Shown: piece after piece, positions 1 through 8,856 of the stretch
Numbering within the stretch: position 1 is the stretch's first letter
Layout: each line of letters starts with the position of its first letter
From: Candidatus Bathyarchaeia archaeon
Lineage (GTDB): Archaea > Thermoproteota > Bathyarchaeia > Bathyarchaeales > Bathycorpusculaceae
Reading direction: 5' to 3'
Length of the DNA stretch: 51,516 nt
Assembly (NCBI GenBank): GCA_050012755.1
Contig: JBEKGO010000015.1
Location: 1 to 51,516 of the forward strand
Notes under the pieces: model-generated
Databases searched by the model: none
What the model was told of the DNA's origin: nothing
What the model saw: only the letters and a program-made list of their open reading frames with translations
Translations under genes and position numbers: made by a program

Positions 1-114
1 GGACGGAGGAAAACGTTTTTTACTAGTAAAAATTGTGTTTAATTTTTAACCTGCTCACAAAAACCTATAAATCTGGTTATTTTATCCAATTAAGCTTAAA
101 ATAAGTCTGAATTG

Positions 115-160
115 TGGTGCGGAGATTGGGATTTGAACCCACGAACCCCTGCGGGATAGG
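115..160 (-). repeat. Duplicated 3' half of tRNA-Leu (att-like direct repeat, 46 bp)
   Basis: tggtgcggagattgggatttgaacccacgaacccctgcgggatagg matches 1523..1568 at 44/46 positions; identity stops at the anticodon loop. Confidence 0.92.
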
Positions 161-277
161 CGTTGCTTTGGAGTTTCTATTTACTATGAGAACGTGAGGC
201 TGCAGAGTTTTCCATGTGATTTGCAACGATGAAGTTCGGGGTTTGGTTGCTAGGCGGCAAAGCTAAAATACTTTGAT

Positions 278-302
278 GGGCATAGTTCTTTGCTGGGCAT
301 AG
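278..302 (+). repeat. 25-bp direct repeat, copy 1 (immediately upstream of ATPase start)
   Basis: gggcatagttctttgctgggcatag; 22/25 identical to 1476..1500. Confidence 0.75.
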
Positions 303-306
303 TAAA

Positions 307-1347
307 TTGGCAATAGCGTTTAAACAAGGCCCGTGCAAAAACCGAAAAGAATTGTATGATAGAAATGATGAAGTAAACCAAGTGATTCGGCTGGTCCGAC
401 AAAATACTTGGGTTGCTTTAATGGGACTGCGAATGGCAGGCAAAACGAGCGTCGCTCAAGTCGTCCAGTCAGAACTTCAAGGAGAGTTCTCTTCTGCATA
501 CGTGGATCTGCGCGGAGCACGCGGTACAAGAACTGCTTCTGAAAGGATAATAAATGCCCTGCCAAAAGATGCTTTACAACGAATCGGCAAATTCATCACC
601 AGCCATGTAGAACAAATTCAGGCTGAACCATTTGGGATAAAGCTAAGAAAAGGCGAAGATGCCACCAACATTTTAGAAACTCTTTTCGATCTTTTGTCCA
701 AAGACAAGAAACTCTTATTGATACTCGATGAGGTACAAGATGTTGGAGGTGGCACGAATCACTTTCTTAACATGTTGTCTAGGATCAGAAACACCAGCAA
801 AAGAGTCAACTTCATCTTCACGGGGTCGGAGATAAACTTGATGAAGGTTATTATGAACCCTGAAAAGACCGCGCTTGCAGGCAGAACCCCCGTTAAGATA
901 AACATTCTTCATTGGGAAAAAAAAGTTGCCGTCAATTTTCTTTGTGAGGGCCTGAATCAGTGTGGTGTTAGTTTCAACGAAAAAGAAGTAGATGAAGTTG
1001 TGTCCACTCTTGGAACACTACCTGGCTGGCTTAATTTCTATGGTCTACGCCGTTGTGCTGGTCAATCTCACAACAAGAGTTTAGCTGAAGCAAAAGTAGA
1101 ATCTGTGGCTGTAGCAAATAAAGAATTTCAACACCTTCTGGAAGGGAGGGGCGCATGGGCTCCACAAGTCATAAGAACTGTGGCGGCATACACAGCAAGA
1201 TGGAAAGATCTTGATGCCGATGCACCGCCAAAAGGGCTGAACGATCTTCTCAAACGCTTGAAAGACTCGTTTATTATGGCTGAGGAAAATGAGCGTTACT
1301 TGATTTCAGATCCCGTATACAATGAAGCAGCAAAACGGCTAGAATAA
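307..1347 (+). CDS. Archaeal AAA+/STAND-like ATPase with probable C-terminal winged helix
   Basis: N-terminal P..RKELYDR.DE motif, Walker A GLRMAGKTS, Walker B LLILDEVQ, FIFTGS, GTLPGWL, C-terminal YLISDPVY; TTG start. Confidence 0.85.
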   Translation: MAIAFKQGPCKNRKELYDRNDEVNQVIRLVRQNTWVALMGLRMAGKTSVAQVVQSELQGEFSSAYVDLRGARGTRTASERIINALPKDALQRIGKFITSHVEQIQAEPFGIKLRKGEDATNILETLFDLLSKDKKLLLILDEVQDVGGGTNHFLNMLSRIRNTSKRVNFIFTGSEINLMKVIMNPEKTALAGRTPVKINILHWEKKVAVNFLCEGLNQCGVSFNEKEVDEVVSTLGTLPGWLNFYGLRRCAGQSHNKSLAEAKVESVAVANKEFQHLLEGRGAWAPQVIRTVAAYTARWKDLDADAPPKGLNDLLKRLKDSFIMAEENERYLISDPVYNEAAKRLE

Positions 1348-1374
1348 ACTTGCTCCTGGCAGCGGTAAAGTTTG

Positions 1375-1396
1375 CGTCTCTTTGAATAAAGAGACG
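1375..1396. terminator. Perfect 9-bp hairpin downstream of ATPase gene
   Basis: cgtctcttt-gaat-aaagagacg; terminator role is inferred only. Confidence 0.35.
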
Positions 1397-1475
1397 TTAA
1401 CATTCAGACGAGGAAACGGGAGACGTTCAAACAAAAAGAGGGTAAGCACAAAGAGAAATTAGTTCAACCTATGGG

Positions 1476-1500
1476 GGGCAAAGTTCTTTGGGGGGCATAG
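1476..1500 (+). repeat. 25-bp direct repeat, copy 2 (near tRNA 3' end)
   Basis: gggcaaagttctttggggggcatag; 22/25 identical to 278..302. Confidence 0.75.
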
Positions 1501-1522
1501 CAATTATTCACAGGCTTTGGGT

Positions 1523-1610
1523 TGGTGCGGAGGGTGGGATTTGAACCCACGAACCCCTGCGGGATAGGAGCCTCAGTCCTACGCCTTTGGCCATGCTGGG
1601 CGACCTCCGC
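1523..1610 (-). tRNA. tRNA-Leu(GAG), intronless, CCA encoded
   Basis: Reverse complement GCGGAGG...TAGGA-CT-GAG-GC-TCCTA (anticodon arm), long variable arm, GTGGGTTCAAATCCCAC T-arm, CCTCCGC-A-CCA. Confidence 0.97.
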
Positions 1611-1771
1611 ATGATTGTTTTTTGTTTTTTGAGGTTGGTGCGAAATATAGAATTAGCCTTGGCATTTAAAGGCTTTACTTTGTGGCGGCATGCGGTGGGT
1701 TGTTAGATTCGTTTATTACTTTGAGTTCAATGATTATTTTTTGGGGATAGTAAGGTTTATTTCCCTAAAGT

Positions 1772-1790
1772 ATTATAACACCGTTATAAT
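1772..1790. promoter_or_regulatory. Inverted repeat (candidate operator) upstream of cysK
   Basis: attataac-acc-gttataat, lying between a TATA-like tttattt (~1756) and the GGTGA ribosome-binding site (1792-1796). Confidence 0.5.
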
Positions 1791-1804
1791 TGGTGATTAG
1801 ACTT

Positions 1805-2755
1805 ATGACAAAAATCTACCAAAATGTCCTCGAAACCATAGGAAAAACACCACTAGTAAAATTAAACAAACTAACCCAAGACACAAACGCCATCGTAATC
1901 GCTAAACTCGAAGCTCGCAACCCAGGAGGAAGTGTCAAAGACCGCATCTGCCTAAGCATGATAGCAGAAGCAGAAAAACAAGGCATAATCAAACCCGGCG
2001 CGATCCTCATCGAACCAACAAGCGGCAATACAGGCATCGGCTTGGCCATGGTAGCAGTCGTAAAAGGATACAAATTAATACTCACCATGCCAGAAACCAT
2101 GAGCATCGAACGCCGAAACCTGCTCAAAGCATACGGCGCACAACTCGTACTCACTCCGGGTCCAGATGGCATGGGCGGCGCTATCAAAAAAGCTGAAGAA
2201 CTCGTCAAAGACACGCCCAACAGCTTCATGCCCCAACAATTCAAAAACTTAGCCAACCCCAAAGTTCACAGAGAAACTACAGGTCCTGAAATCTGGGAAG
2301 ATACTGATGGCAAAGTAGACATTGTAGTTGCAGGTGTTGGAACAGGGGGGACAATAACAGGCATTGCACAGTACATTAAACCGTTAAAACCGGGGTTCAA
2401 AGCGGTGGCTGTTGAACCGGCAGCTTCGCCAGTCTTAAGCGGCGGACAAAAAGGACCACACAAAATTCAAGGAATCGGCGCAGGCTTCAAACCGGACGTG
2501 TTAAAACTCGATTTAGTGGACGAAATCTTTAAAGTAAAAGATGACGACGCAATCCAAACCGCAAGACAACTTGCTCAAAAAGAAGGCTTACTTGTCGGCA
2601 TATCATCTGGTGCAGCAGCTTATGCAGCCATAGAAATAGCGAAAAGACCAGAAAACAAGGGCAAACTTGTTGTTGCCATTCTACCAGACACAGGTGAACG
2701 CTACCTCAGCACAGTATTATTCCAAGAACCGCTAAATACAAATTCAAACACATAA
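1805..2755 (+). CDS. cysK: Cysteine synthase A (O-acetylserine sulfhydrylase)
   Basis: NPGGSVKDR (PLP lysine), [33 protein letters not shown]; ATG at 1805 follows GGTGA (ORF track starts at 1790). Confidence 0.97.
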   Translation: MTKIYQNVLETIGKTPLVKLNKLTQDTNAIVIAKLEARNPGGSVKDRICLSMIAEAEKQGIIKPGAILIEPTSGNTGIGLAMVAVVKGYKLILTMPETMSIERRNLLKAYGAQLVLTPGPDGMGGAIKKAEELVKDTPNSFMPQQFKNLANPKVHRETTGPEIWEDTDGKVDIVVAGVGTGGTITGIAQYIKPLKPGFKAVAVEPAASPVLSGGQKGPHKIQGIGAGFKPDVLKLDLVDEIFKVKDDDAIQTARQLAQKEGLLVGISSGAAAYAAIEIAKRPENKGKLVVAILPDTGERYLSTVLFQEPLNTNSNT

Positions 2756-2821
2756 GCCCGATTTTAAGACGCTTCTCTTATATCCTTCTTTTTCACAATA
2801 ATGAGAGGAAGGACGCCAAAA

Positions 2822-3883
2822 ATGTCAGCAAAAGCTAACAAGCCTCGGCCAAAAAACTGCAAAGAATGCGCAGAGCAGAATCGTGATATCGACTGCTGGA
2901 ACCCAGATCGCATGCTAGATGCTCTCATGCATAACCACGATAAAGTGGAGCAGGACTGGGTTGAAAAAGGCTTACCGAAATTAGTTGACGAGATGATAAC
3001 TAATTATGAAGCTTTCGGCGGCATGGACCATCTTGAAGGAAAAGATTTGCCGTCAAAAAAAGTTGTCATTGAAGTTTTAGAGGATTTATTTACTATTCTT
3101 TTTCCAGGGTATCTGGGAAAGGAAGAGATGACGAAAGCTAACATAAAATATCGGTTGGGCTCCATGTTAACTTCTGTTTATACTCGTCTCACAGGTGAAA
3201 TTGAGAAAAGCCTAAAGTATATTTGCAGAAAAATAAGTGAGTGCCCACAAGATGTTTGCCAAAAACGAGCCCACGTTGTAGTTAAAGAACTTTTGGAGAA
3301 CCTGCCGCAAATAAGGGCAACATTAAGCGGTGACATACAAGCAGCCTACGCAGGCGACCCTGCAGCGGTAAGTACAGATGAAGTTATCTTGAGCTATCCC
3401 TGCGTACTTGCCATTACAACGTACAGAATATCCCATGAACTCTATCTTAAGGGCATTCCGTTGATTCCGCGAATAATGAGTGAACATGTCCATTCTTTGA
3501 CTGGGATTGATATTCATCCGGGTGCTAGAATCGGCAAAAACTTCTTCATAGATCACGGCACAGGCGTAGTCATTGGAGAAACCGCTGAAATAGGCGACAA
3601 CGTGAAACTCTATCAAGGTGTAACATTGGGTGCTCTCAGTTTTCCTAAGGATGAGAAGGGAAACATAATCAAAGGAAGAAAACGGCATCCCACAGTTGGA
3701 AATAACGTGGTTATCTATTCAGGCGCAACTCTTCTTGGAGCGGAAGCAGTCATAGGCGATAATGTAGTGATAGGCGGAAATGTCTGGATAACCTCGCCTG
3801 TTGCTTCAGGAACAAAAATAACTATCTCTGCACCAGAACTGAAATATAAAAAAGAAAATCATGCCCCAAAGCCAGCAACTTAG
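2822..3883 (+). CDS. cysE: Serine O-acetyltransferase (long form)
   Basis: GDPAA, TGIDIHPGARIG, FFIDHGTGVVIGET, KRHPT hexapeptide-repeat motifs; start 2801 or 2822. Confidence 0.93.
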   Translation: MSAKANKPRPKNCKECAEQNRDIDCWNPDRMLDALMHNHDKVEQDWVEKGLPKLVDEMITNYEAFGGMDHLEGKDLPSKKVVIEVLEDLFTILFPGYLGKEEMTKANIKYRLGSMLTSVYTRLTGEIEKSLKYICRKISECPQDVCQKRAHVVVKELLENLPQIRATLSGDIQAAYAGDPAAVSTDEVILSYPCVLAITTYRISHELYLKGIPLIPRIMSEHVHSLTGIDIHPGARIGKNFFIDHGTGVVIGETAEIGDNVKLYQGVTLGALSFPKDEKGNIIKGRKRHPTVGNNVVIYSGATLLGAEAVIGDNVVIGGNVWITSPVASGTKITISAPELKYKKENHAPKPAT

Positions 3884-3973
3884 TTTGCTCGCAACTATTT
3901 ATTTCGAATAGTAACAACTAAAGAATCAAAGGCTAAATCGCTATCGATGGCTTTTGGGGAAAAATGATGAAGT

Positions 3974-4423
3974 CTACAACAAGCGAAAGTTTTCCTTAAC
4001 TGTTGTCAAAACCACATGTGTATTTGTCCGCTCGATGAAGGGCAAAGATAGCAATTTCTTCGTAAATACGCCAAGGTCTTCACGACTTTTGAATTTAGCA
4101 ACAATTATGGCGTCAGTTAGGCCTGTTACGTCGTAGACACTGCATACGTTGGATATTTTGGCTATTTCATGTTCAGTTTCTACAAGTCTGCCCTTTGAAA
4201 CAGTAATCTCAGTCACCACGGTCAATTGGAAACCAAGCTTTTCATGATCCAAAAGAACCGAATAGCCTTTAATGAGACCCTCTTCCTCCATCCTTTTAAT
4301 TCGAGACAAAACGGTTCCAACTGATACACCCACGTTCTTGGCGATTTGTCTACTTGAAAACCTTGCATCTTCTAAAAGGGCTTTGAGAATTTTTAGGTCT
4401 GTTTCGTTTAGCTCCATAAACAC
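3974..4423 (-). CDS. Lrp/AsnC family transcriptional regulator
   Basis: D.KIL..L.EDAR.S...IA..VGVS..TV..RIKRMEEEGLIKGY HTH plus RAM domain (VYDVTG.D); start 4423 or 4417. Confidence 0.93.
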   Translation of the reverse strand: MFMELNETDLKILKALLEDARFSSRQIAKNVGVSVGTVLSRIKRMEEEGLIKGYSVLLDHEKLGFQLTVVTEITVSKGRLVETEHEIAKISNVCSVYDVTGLTDAIIVAKFKSREDLGVFTKKLLSLPFIERTNTHVVLTTVKENFRLL

Positions 4424-4545
4424 AACTTCCTGTACATTCTTTCAATTAAACTGGCTTTTTTGAAACATTAGTTTTAACTATCATAGGACTATGTTAATAA
4501 AAGTTTAGCTTTCACCTCGGCACTTTAAGCATACACTATCTGTCT

Positions 4546-4580
4546 TGTATTGACAAATTGTATCAACAAAATGTATTGAC
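4546..4580. promoter_or_regulatory. Three tandem 13-bp-period repeats in the divergent lrp/guaA intergenic region
   Basis: tgtattgacaaat / tgtatcaacaaaa / tgtattgac. Confidence 0.45.
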
Positions 4581-4739
4581 GTTGACCTACCTATAGGTTC
4601 ATCAGAGAGAAATAAATCTAAAGAAAAAATGCTTGGAGCTCCCAAAGAATTGTTTAGGAATATAAACCGCTGTGACTTTGACAAAAAATAGAGAGCAATC
4701 TTAAATTACTAGCTAAAACCCAAATAAATAGCGCTTAAA

Positions 4740-6290
4740 ATGCAAGTGAAATATGATACAATCTTGGTTCTTGATTTTGGGGGGCAATACTGCCATCTTA
4801 TTGGCAGAAGAATCAGAGAAAATGGCGTTTATTCAGAAATTGTGCCGCACGATATATCGCCTGAAGAAATAAAAGCGCTAAATGAAAAATTCAACATCAA
4901 GGGATTAATTCTCTCTGGCGGACCCTCAAGCGTCTATGAACCAAACGCGCCTAAGCTTAACCCACGTATTTTAGAAGTTAATTTGCCAATCTTAGGTTTA
5001 TGTTATGGGCACCAGTTGCTAGCTCAGCTAACCAATGGCGAAGTTAAACCAGCAGCTTGCAAAGAATATGGAATTGCACAAGTAGCTGTCGACAAGCCAG
5101 TTGGCGTTCTGAAAGGGTTAAGTAAAGAAGAAAGAGTTTGGATGAGCCATGGCGATACAGTTTACGCATTGCCACCAGACTTTGAAGTATTAGCGCACAC
5201 AGATAACTGTCCAGTTGCCGCATTCAGACACAAACAAAAACCAATCTACGGCCTACAGTGGCACCCAGAAGTAATCCACACAGAAAAAGGAGCCCGCATG
5301 TTACACAATTTCATTTTTGAAGTCTGCAAATGCGAAGCCAACTGGAAAGTAGAAGATATAATTGAAAAAATGGTCAAAGAAATAAAGGCTGACGTTGGTT
5401 CAGCCAAAGCAGTCATAGGTTTAAGCGGAGGCATTGATTCAAGCGTCGCAACTGCATTGGCAGCCCAAGCATTAGGCGACAAACTTACAGCTGTCTTCGT
5501 TGACCACGGATTTATGCGAGAAGGCGAACCCGAAGCTATCAAAGCTACATTCGAGAAATTCCCGATCAATTTTGTTGTAGCAAACGAGCAAGACCGATTC
5601 ATGGAAAAACTCAGAGGCGTGGCTGATCCTGAGAAAAAACGCAAGGTAATTGGGGAAGAGTTCATCAGGGTGTTTGAGGAAATCGCCAAAAAATCAGGTG
5701 CCCAATACTTGCTTCAAGGAACAATTTATCCAGACCGAATTGAATCAGGCATCCGAAAAAATTCAGACGTAATAAAATCTCACCATAATGTTGCAGGATT
5801 ACCCAAAAACATTGCCTTCAAAAAAATTGTTGAACCACTCCGTGACCTCTACAAAGATGAAGTGCGTAAAGTTGCTACAATGCTCAACTTGCCTAAGGAA
5901 CTTATCAATAGGCAGCCTTTTCCAGGACCAGGCCTGGCGGTCCGCATAATAGGTGAATTAACCCCGGAAAAAGTGATCGTCGCAAAGAAAGCCGATGCTG
6001 TTGTTCGCCAAGAAATCGAGAAAAGCCATTTAGAAGAAAAGCTATGGCAATATTTTGCGGTATTAACCGACACGAAAGCAACAGGCGTTAAGGGTGACTC
6101 AAGGGCTTATGGATATGTAGTGGCGGTTCGCGCGGCAGAAAGCCGAGAAGCCATGACAGCCAACTTCGCACAAATTCCTTATCCTGTTCTTGAAAAAATC
6201 TCAACTAGAATCACAAATGAAGTCCCGCAAGTTACTCGAGTAGTTTATGACATAACTCACAAGCCACCCGCAACGATTGAGTGGGAATAG
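4740..6290 (+). CDS. guaA: GMP synthase (glutamine-hydrolysing), fused GATase + ATPPase
   Basis: DFGGQY, GLCYGHQ, QWHPEV, SGGIDSS, IKSHHNV, C-terminal KPPATIEWE. Confidence 0.97.
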   Translation: MQVKYDTILVLDFGGQYCHLIGRRIRENGVYSEIVPHDISPEEIKALNEKFNIKGLILSGGPSSVYEPNAPKLNPRILEVNLPILGLCYGHQLLAQLTNGEVKPAACKEYGIAQVAVDKPVGVLKGLSKEERVWMSHGDTVYALPPDFEVLAHTDNCPVAAFRHKQKPIYGLQWHPEVIHTEKGARMLHNFIFEVCKCEANWKVEDIIEKMVKEIKADVGSAKAVIGLSGGIDSSVATALAAQALGDKLTAVFVDHGFMREGEPEAIKATFEKFPINFVVANEQDRFMEKLRGVADPEKKRKVIGEEFIRVFEEIAKKSGAQYLLQGTIYPDRIESGIRKNSDVIKSHHNVAGLPKNIAFKKIVEPLRDLYKDEVRKVATMLNLPKELINRQPFPGPGLAVRIIGELTPEKVIVAKKADAVVRQEIEKSHLEEKLWQYFAVLTDTKATGVKGDSRAYGYVVAVRAAESREAMTANFAQIPYPVLEKISTRITNEVPQVTRVVYDITHKPPATIEWE

Positions 6291-6344
6291 AAAGTTCCAC
6301 AACTCTTAAAATAAAAAGAGTCAATACATTACTCTAACTGTAAG

Positions 6345-7436
6345 GTGACAAATCTGAAAGCGGTTATCTTGGCTGGTGGTTTTGCAACAAGGCTCAGACC
6401 ACTTAGTTGCGCCAGGCCTAAAACACTTTTTCCAATAGTTAATAAACCATTACTTGAATGGATTTTTGAAGGACTGGCTGATAATGATGTTAGCGAAGCC
6501 ATATTGGCAGTTAACGCATTAACGCAATTTCATATAAAACAGCAACGACCGCGCAGGCACGGTTTGAAAATAAAGTTTTCAATTGATCCGCCAAAAACAC
6601 CACTTGGAACTGCTGGACCTGTCAAAAAAGCTGAGAAGCTAATTGGCCATGATGAACCATTCATTGTTTTGAACGGCGACATTTTTGCACATTTAAGTTA
6701 CAAAGAATTGCTTGCTACACATGTGAAATCGAATGCTTCAGCAACAATTGCACTCTGCAAAGTCGATGACCCGTCGAGATATGGCGTTGCTGAAATGGGA
6801 AATGATGGCTACATTAAAAGATTCATTGAAAAACCACATAGAGACAAAGCTCAAAGTAACCTCGTTAATGCAGGCGTTTACGTTTTAAGCCCTAGAGTCT
6901 TCGATCTTATTCCATCTGGAAGGTCAGTTTCAATGGAACGTGAAGTTTTCCCTAAACTAGCGGAGGAAGGTAAACTGTGCGGTCATTTTGTCAATTGCTT
7001 ATGGATGGACATAGGAAGACCAGAAGAGTATTTGGAAACAAACAAAATAATACTTGATTCTTTGGGCAAAAATAACAAACAGGAAAAAGCAAAAGACTTT
7101 AAATTAAAAAACCCGGTAGCCCTTGACACAGGTGTTTCTATTGGCGAAAAGTCAATCATTGGCCCCTATGCCATTTTGGGAAAAAATGTGACTGTTGGAA
7201 AAAAAGTACAAATAAGCAACTCGGTGATTTTTGCAGATGTAACAATAGAGGATTGTGCATCCATCGACGGAGCATTAATTGGGGAAGCAGCAAAAATTGG
7301 AAAGAATGTGAAAATTCGCTGTGGCTGCATAATCGCTGACCATGCAAAAGTAAGAGACAATCTTGTACTTTCAGGTAAAGTCTGTCCAGGTAAAGAAGTG
7401 GCTGAAAACGTTTTAAAACCCAAGGTTCACTGTTAA
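6345..7436 (+). CDS. NDP-sugar pyrophosphorylase (mannose-1-phosphate guanylyltransferase-like)
   Basis: LAGGFATRLRPL..PK, PLGTAG, NGD, EKP, C-terminal left-handed beta-helix repeats. Confidence 0.9.
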   Translation: MTNLKAVILAGGFATRLRPLSCARPKTLFPIVNKPLLEWIFEGLADNDVSEAILAVNALTQFHIKQQRPRRHGLKIKFSIDPPKTPLGTAGPVKKAEKLIGHDEPFIVLNGDIFAHLSYKELLATHVKSNASATIALCKVDDPSRYGVAEMGNDGYIKRFIEKPHRDKAQSNLVNAGVYVLSPRVFDLIPSGRSVSMEREVFPKLAEEGKLCGHFVNCLWMDIGRPEEYLETNKIILDSLGKNNKQEKAKDFKLKNPVALDTGVSIGEKSIIGPYAILGKNVTVGKKVQISNSVIFADVTIEDCASIDGALIGEAAKIGKNVKIRCGCIIADHAKVRDNLVLSGKVCPGKEVAENVLKPKVHC

Positions 7437-7459
7437 AATAACCAAGAGATGCAAAATTT

Positions 7460-8827
7460 ATGAGCGAAAGAAAGCTTTTCGGAACAAACGGGATTCGAGG
7501 ACTAGTTAACATAGAATTAACGCCTGAAATGGCAATAAAAGTTGGTTGTGCAATTGGAACTTTTTTTGGAAGAAAAAATTTACTTTTAGGATATGATGCT
7601 AGAACCAGCGGACCCATGCTTGCAAAAGCCGTTATTTCTGGTTTAACATCTACAGGTTGCAACGTATTTTTTGCTGGAATGGCTCCAACGCCATCTTTAC
7701 AATTCGCAGTTAAAAATCACAAGTTGGATGGCGGCGTAATAATCACTGCTTCCCATAATCCTCCGGAATACAATGGAATTAAAGTCATTTGGAACGACGG
7801 CATTGAAACGTCACATGAACAGGAAGTTGAAATAGAAAATATTTATTTTGATAACAAAATAGCGTTTGCCGATTGGAATAAACTTGGAATGAAACGTGAA
7901 CTTCCAGGAATCAATGATGAGTACGTCCAAGCCATAAAAAAACATGTCAACCTAAAAAAAATAGCTGAAAAACGCTTTCACGTCGTTGTAGATTCAGCAA
8001 ACAGCGTGGGCGGCCTTACAGCGCCACCTTTGCTAAGGGAACTTGGTTGCAAAATAACCACCATTAACGCAAACATTGACGGCACTTTCCCAGGTAGATT
8101 ACCTGAGCCACGACCAGAAAACCTTACGGATTTGTCTTCAACAGTGAAAGCAATCGGTGCAGATATGGGAGTGGCTTTTGACGGCGATGCAGACCGCTCA
8201 ATCTTTACTGATGAAAACGGTACCATCTACTGGGGAGACAAAACCTTTGCAGTTGTCATAAAACAGTTTCTCATCAAAAACCCCGGCGCAAAAATAGTTA
8301 CGCCTGTGAGCTCTTCGACACTCATCAAAGATACTGTTCAAGCCTACAAAGGCGATTTAATTTGGACTAAAGTTGGAAGCGTTACAGTTTCTCAGAAAAT
8401 GAAAGAGATCAACGCTAAATTGGGCGGAGAAGAAAACGGTGGTATCTTTTATGGACCACACCAAGCCGTTCGCGATGGTGCAATGACCACGGCTCTGCTG
8501 CTTAACATAATGGCTGAAACAGGCCAAAAGCTTTCTAAACTAGTAGCTGAACAACCTCAATACTTTATTGAAAAAGGAAAAATTGAGTGTCCCGACGAAA
8601 AAAAAGAACCATTGCTTAAGAGACTCTTAGAACAAGTGAAGGGCGAAAACATCAATACACTTGATGGAGTAAAAATTTGGTTCAACGATAACAGCGCCAT
8701 TCTGATTAGACCAAGTGGGACAGAAAAAGTGTTCAGACTTTACGCTGAGGCAAAAAATCAAGAGAAAGCCCTAAAGCTAATCAAAGACTACAGTGCGAAA
8801 CTTGAAAAAATTCTTAAAACCATCTAG
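7460..8827 (+). CDS. glmM: Phosphoglucosamine mutase / phosphomannomutase
   Basis: FGTNGIRG, ITASHNP (phospho-Ser), DGDADR, GEENGG, RPSGTE; substrate specificity not resolvable. Confidence 0.85.
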   Translation: MSERKLFGTNGIRGLVNIELTPEMAIKVGCAIGTFFGRKNLLLGYDARTSGPMLAKAVISGLTSTGCNVFFAGMAPTPSLQFAVKNHKLDGGVIITASHNPPEYNGIKVIWNDGIETSHEQEVEIENIYFDNKIAFADWNKLGMKRELPGINDEYVQAIKKHVNLKKIAEKRFHVVVDSANSVGGLTAPPLLRELGCKITTINANIDGTFPGRLPEPRPENLTDLSSTVKAIGADMGVAFDGDADRSIFTDENGTIYWGDKTFAVVIKQFLIKNPGAKIVTPVSSSTLIKDTVQAYKGDLIWTKVGSVTVSQKMKEINAKLGGEENGGIFYGPHQAVRDGAMTTALLLNIMAETGQKLSKLVAEQPQYFIEKGKIECPDEKKEPLLKRLLEQVKGENINTLDGVKIWFNDNSAILIRPSGTEKVFRLYAEAKNQEKALKLIKDYSAKLEKILKTI

Positions 8828-8856
8828 CAAATTCAGCTATCTGGAGAACCCACCTA

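Larger units (their letters stand above)
115..1568. mobile_element. Relic tRNA-integrated islet carrying a single ATPase gene, no integrase
   Basis: Bounded by the intact tRNA 3' end and its 46-bp copy; about 1.36 kb between the repeats with one credible gene. Confidence 0.7.

Noticed and set aside
17-32. Perfect palindrome tttttactagtaaaaa, with similar actagt cores near 16370 and 44440
   Set aside because: Low-complexity arms, at the window edge without context, and the other copies share only the 6-bp core
115-160. Second tRNA gene or split-tRNA half
   Set aside because: No 5' half or anticodon loop, no visible complementary leader, and two acceptor-stem mismatches; better explained as an att duplication
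177-443. 88-aa minus-strand ORF next to the att-like repeat as a possible integrase fragment
   Set aside because: No R-H-R-Y tyrosine recombinase motifs; mostly antisense to the ATPase gene
4740-6290. Fused single-chain GuaA as a novelty
   Set aside because: Both split and fused forms occur in archaea; not informative without a phylogeny
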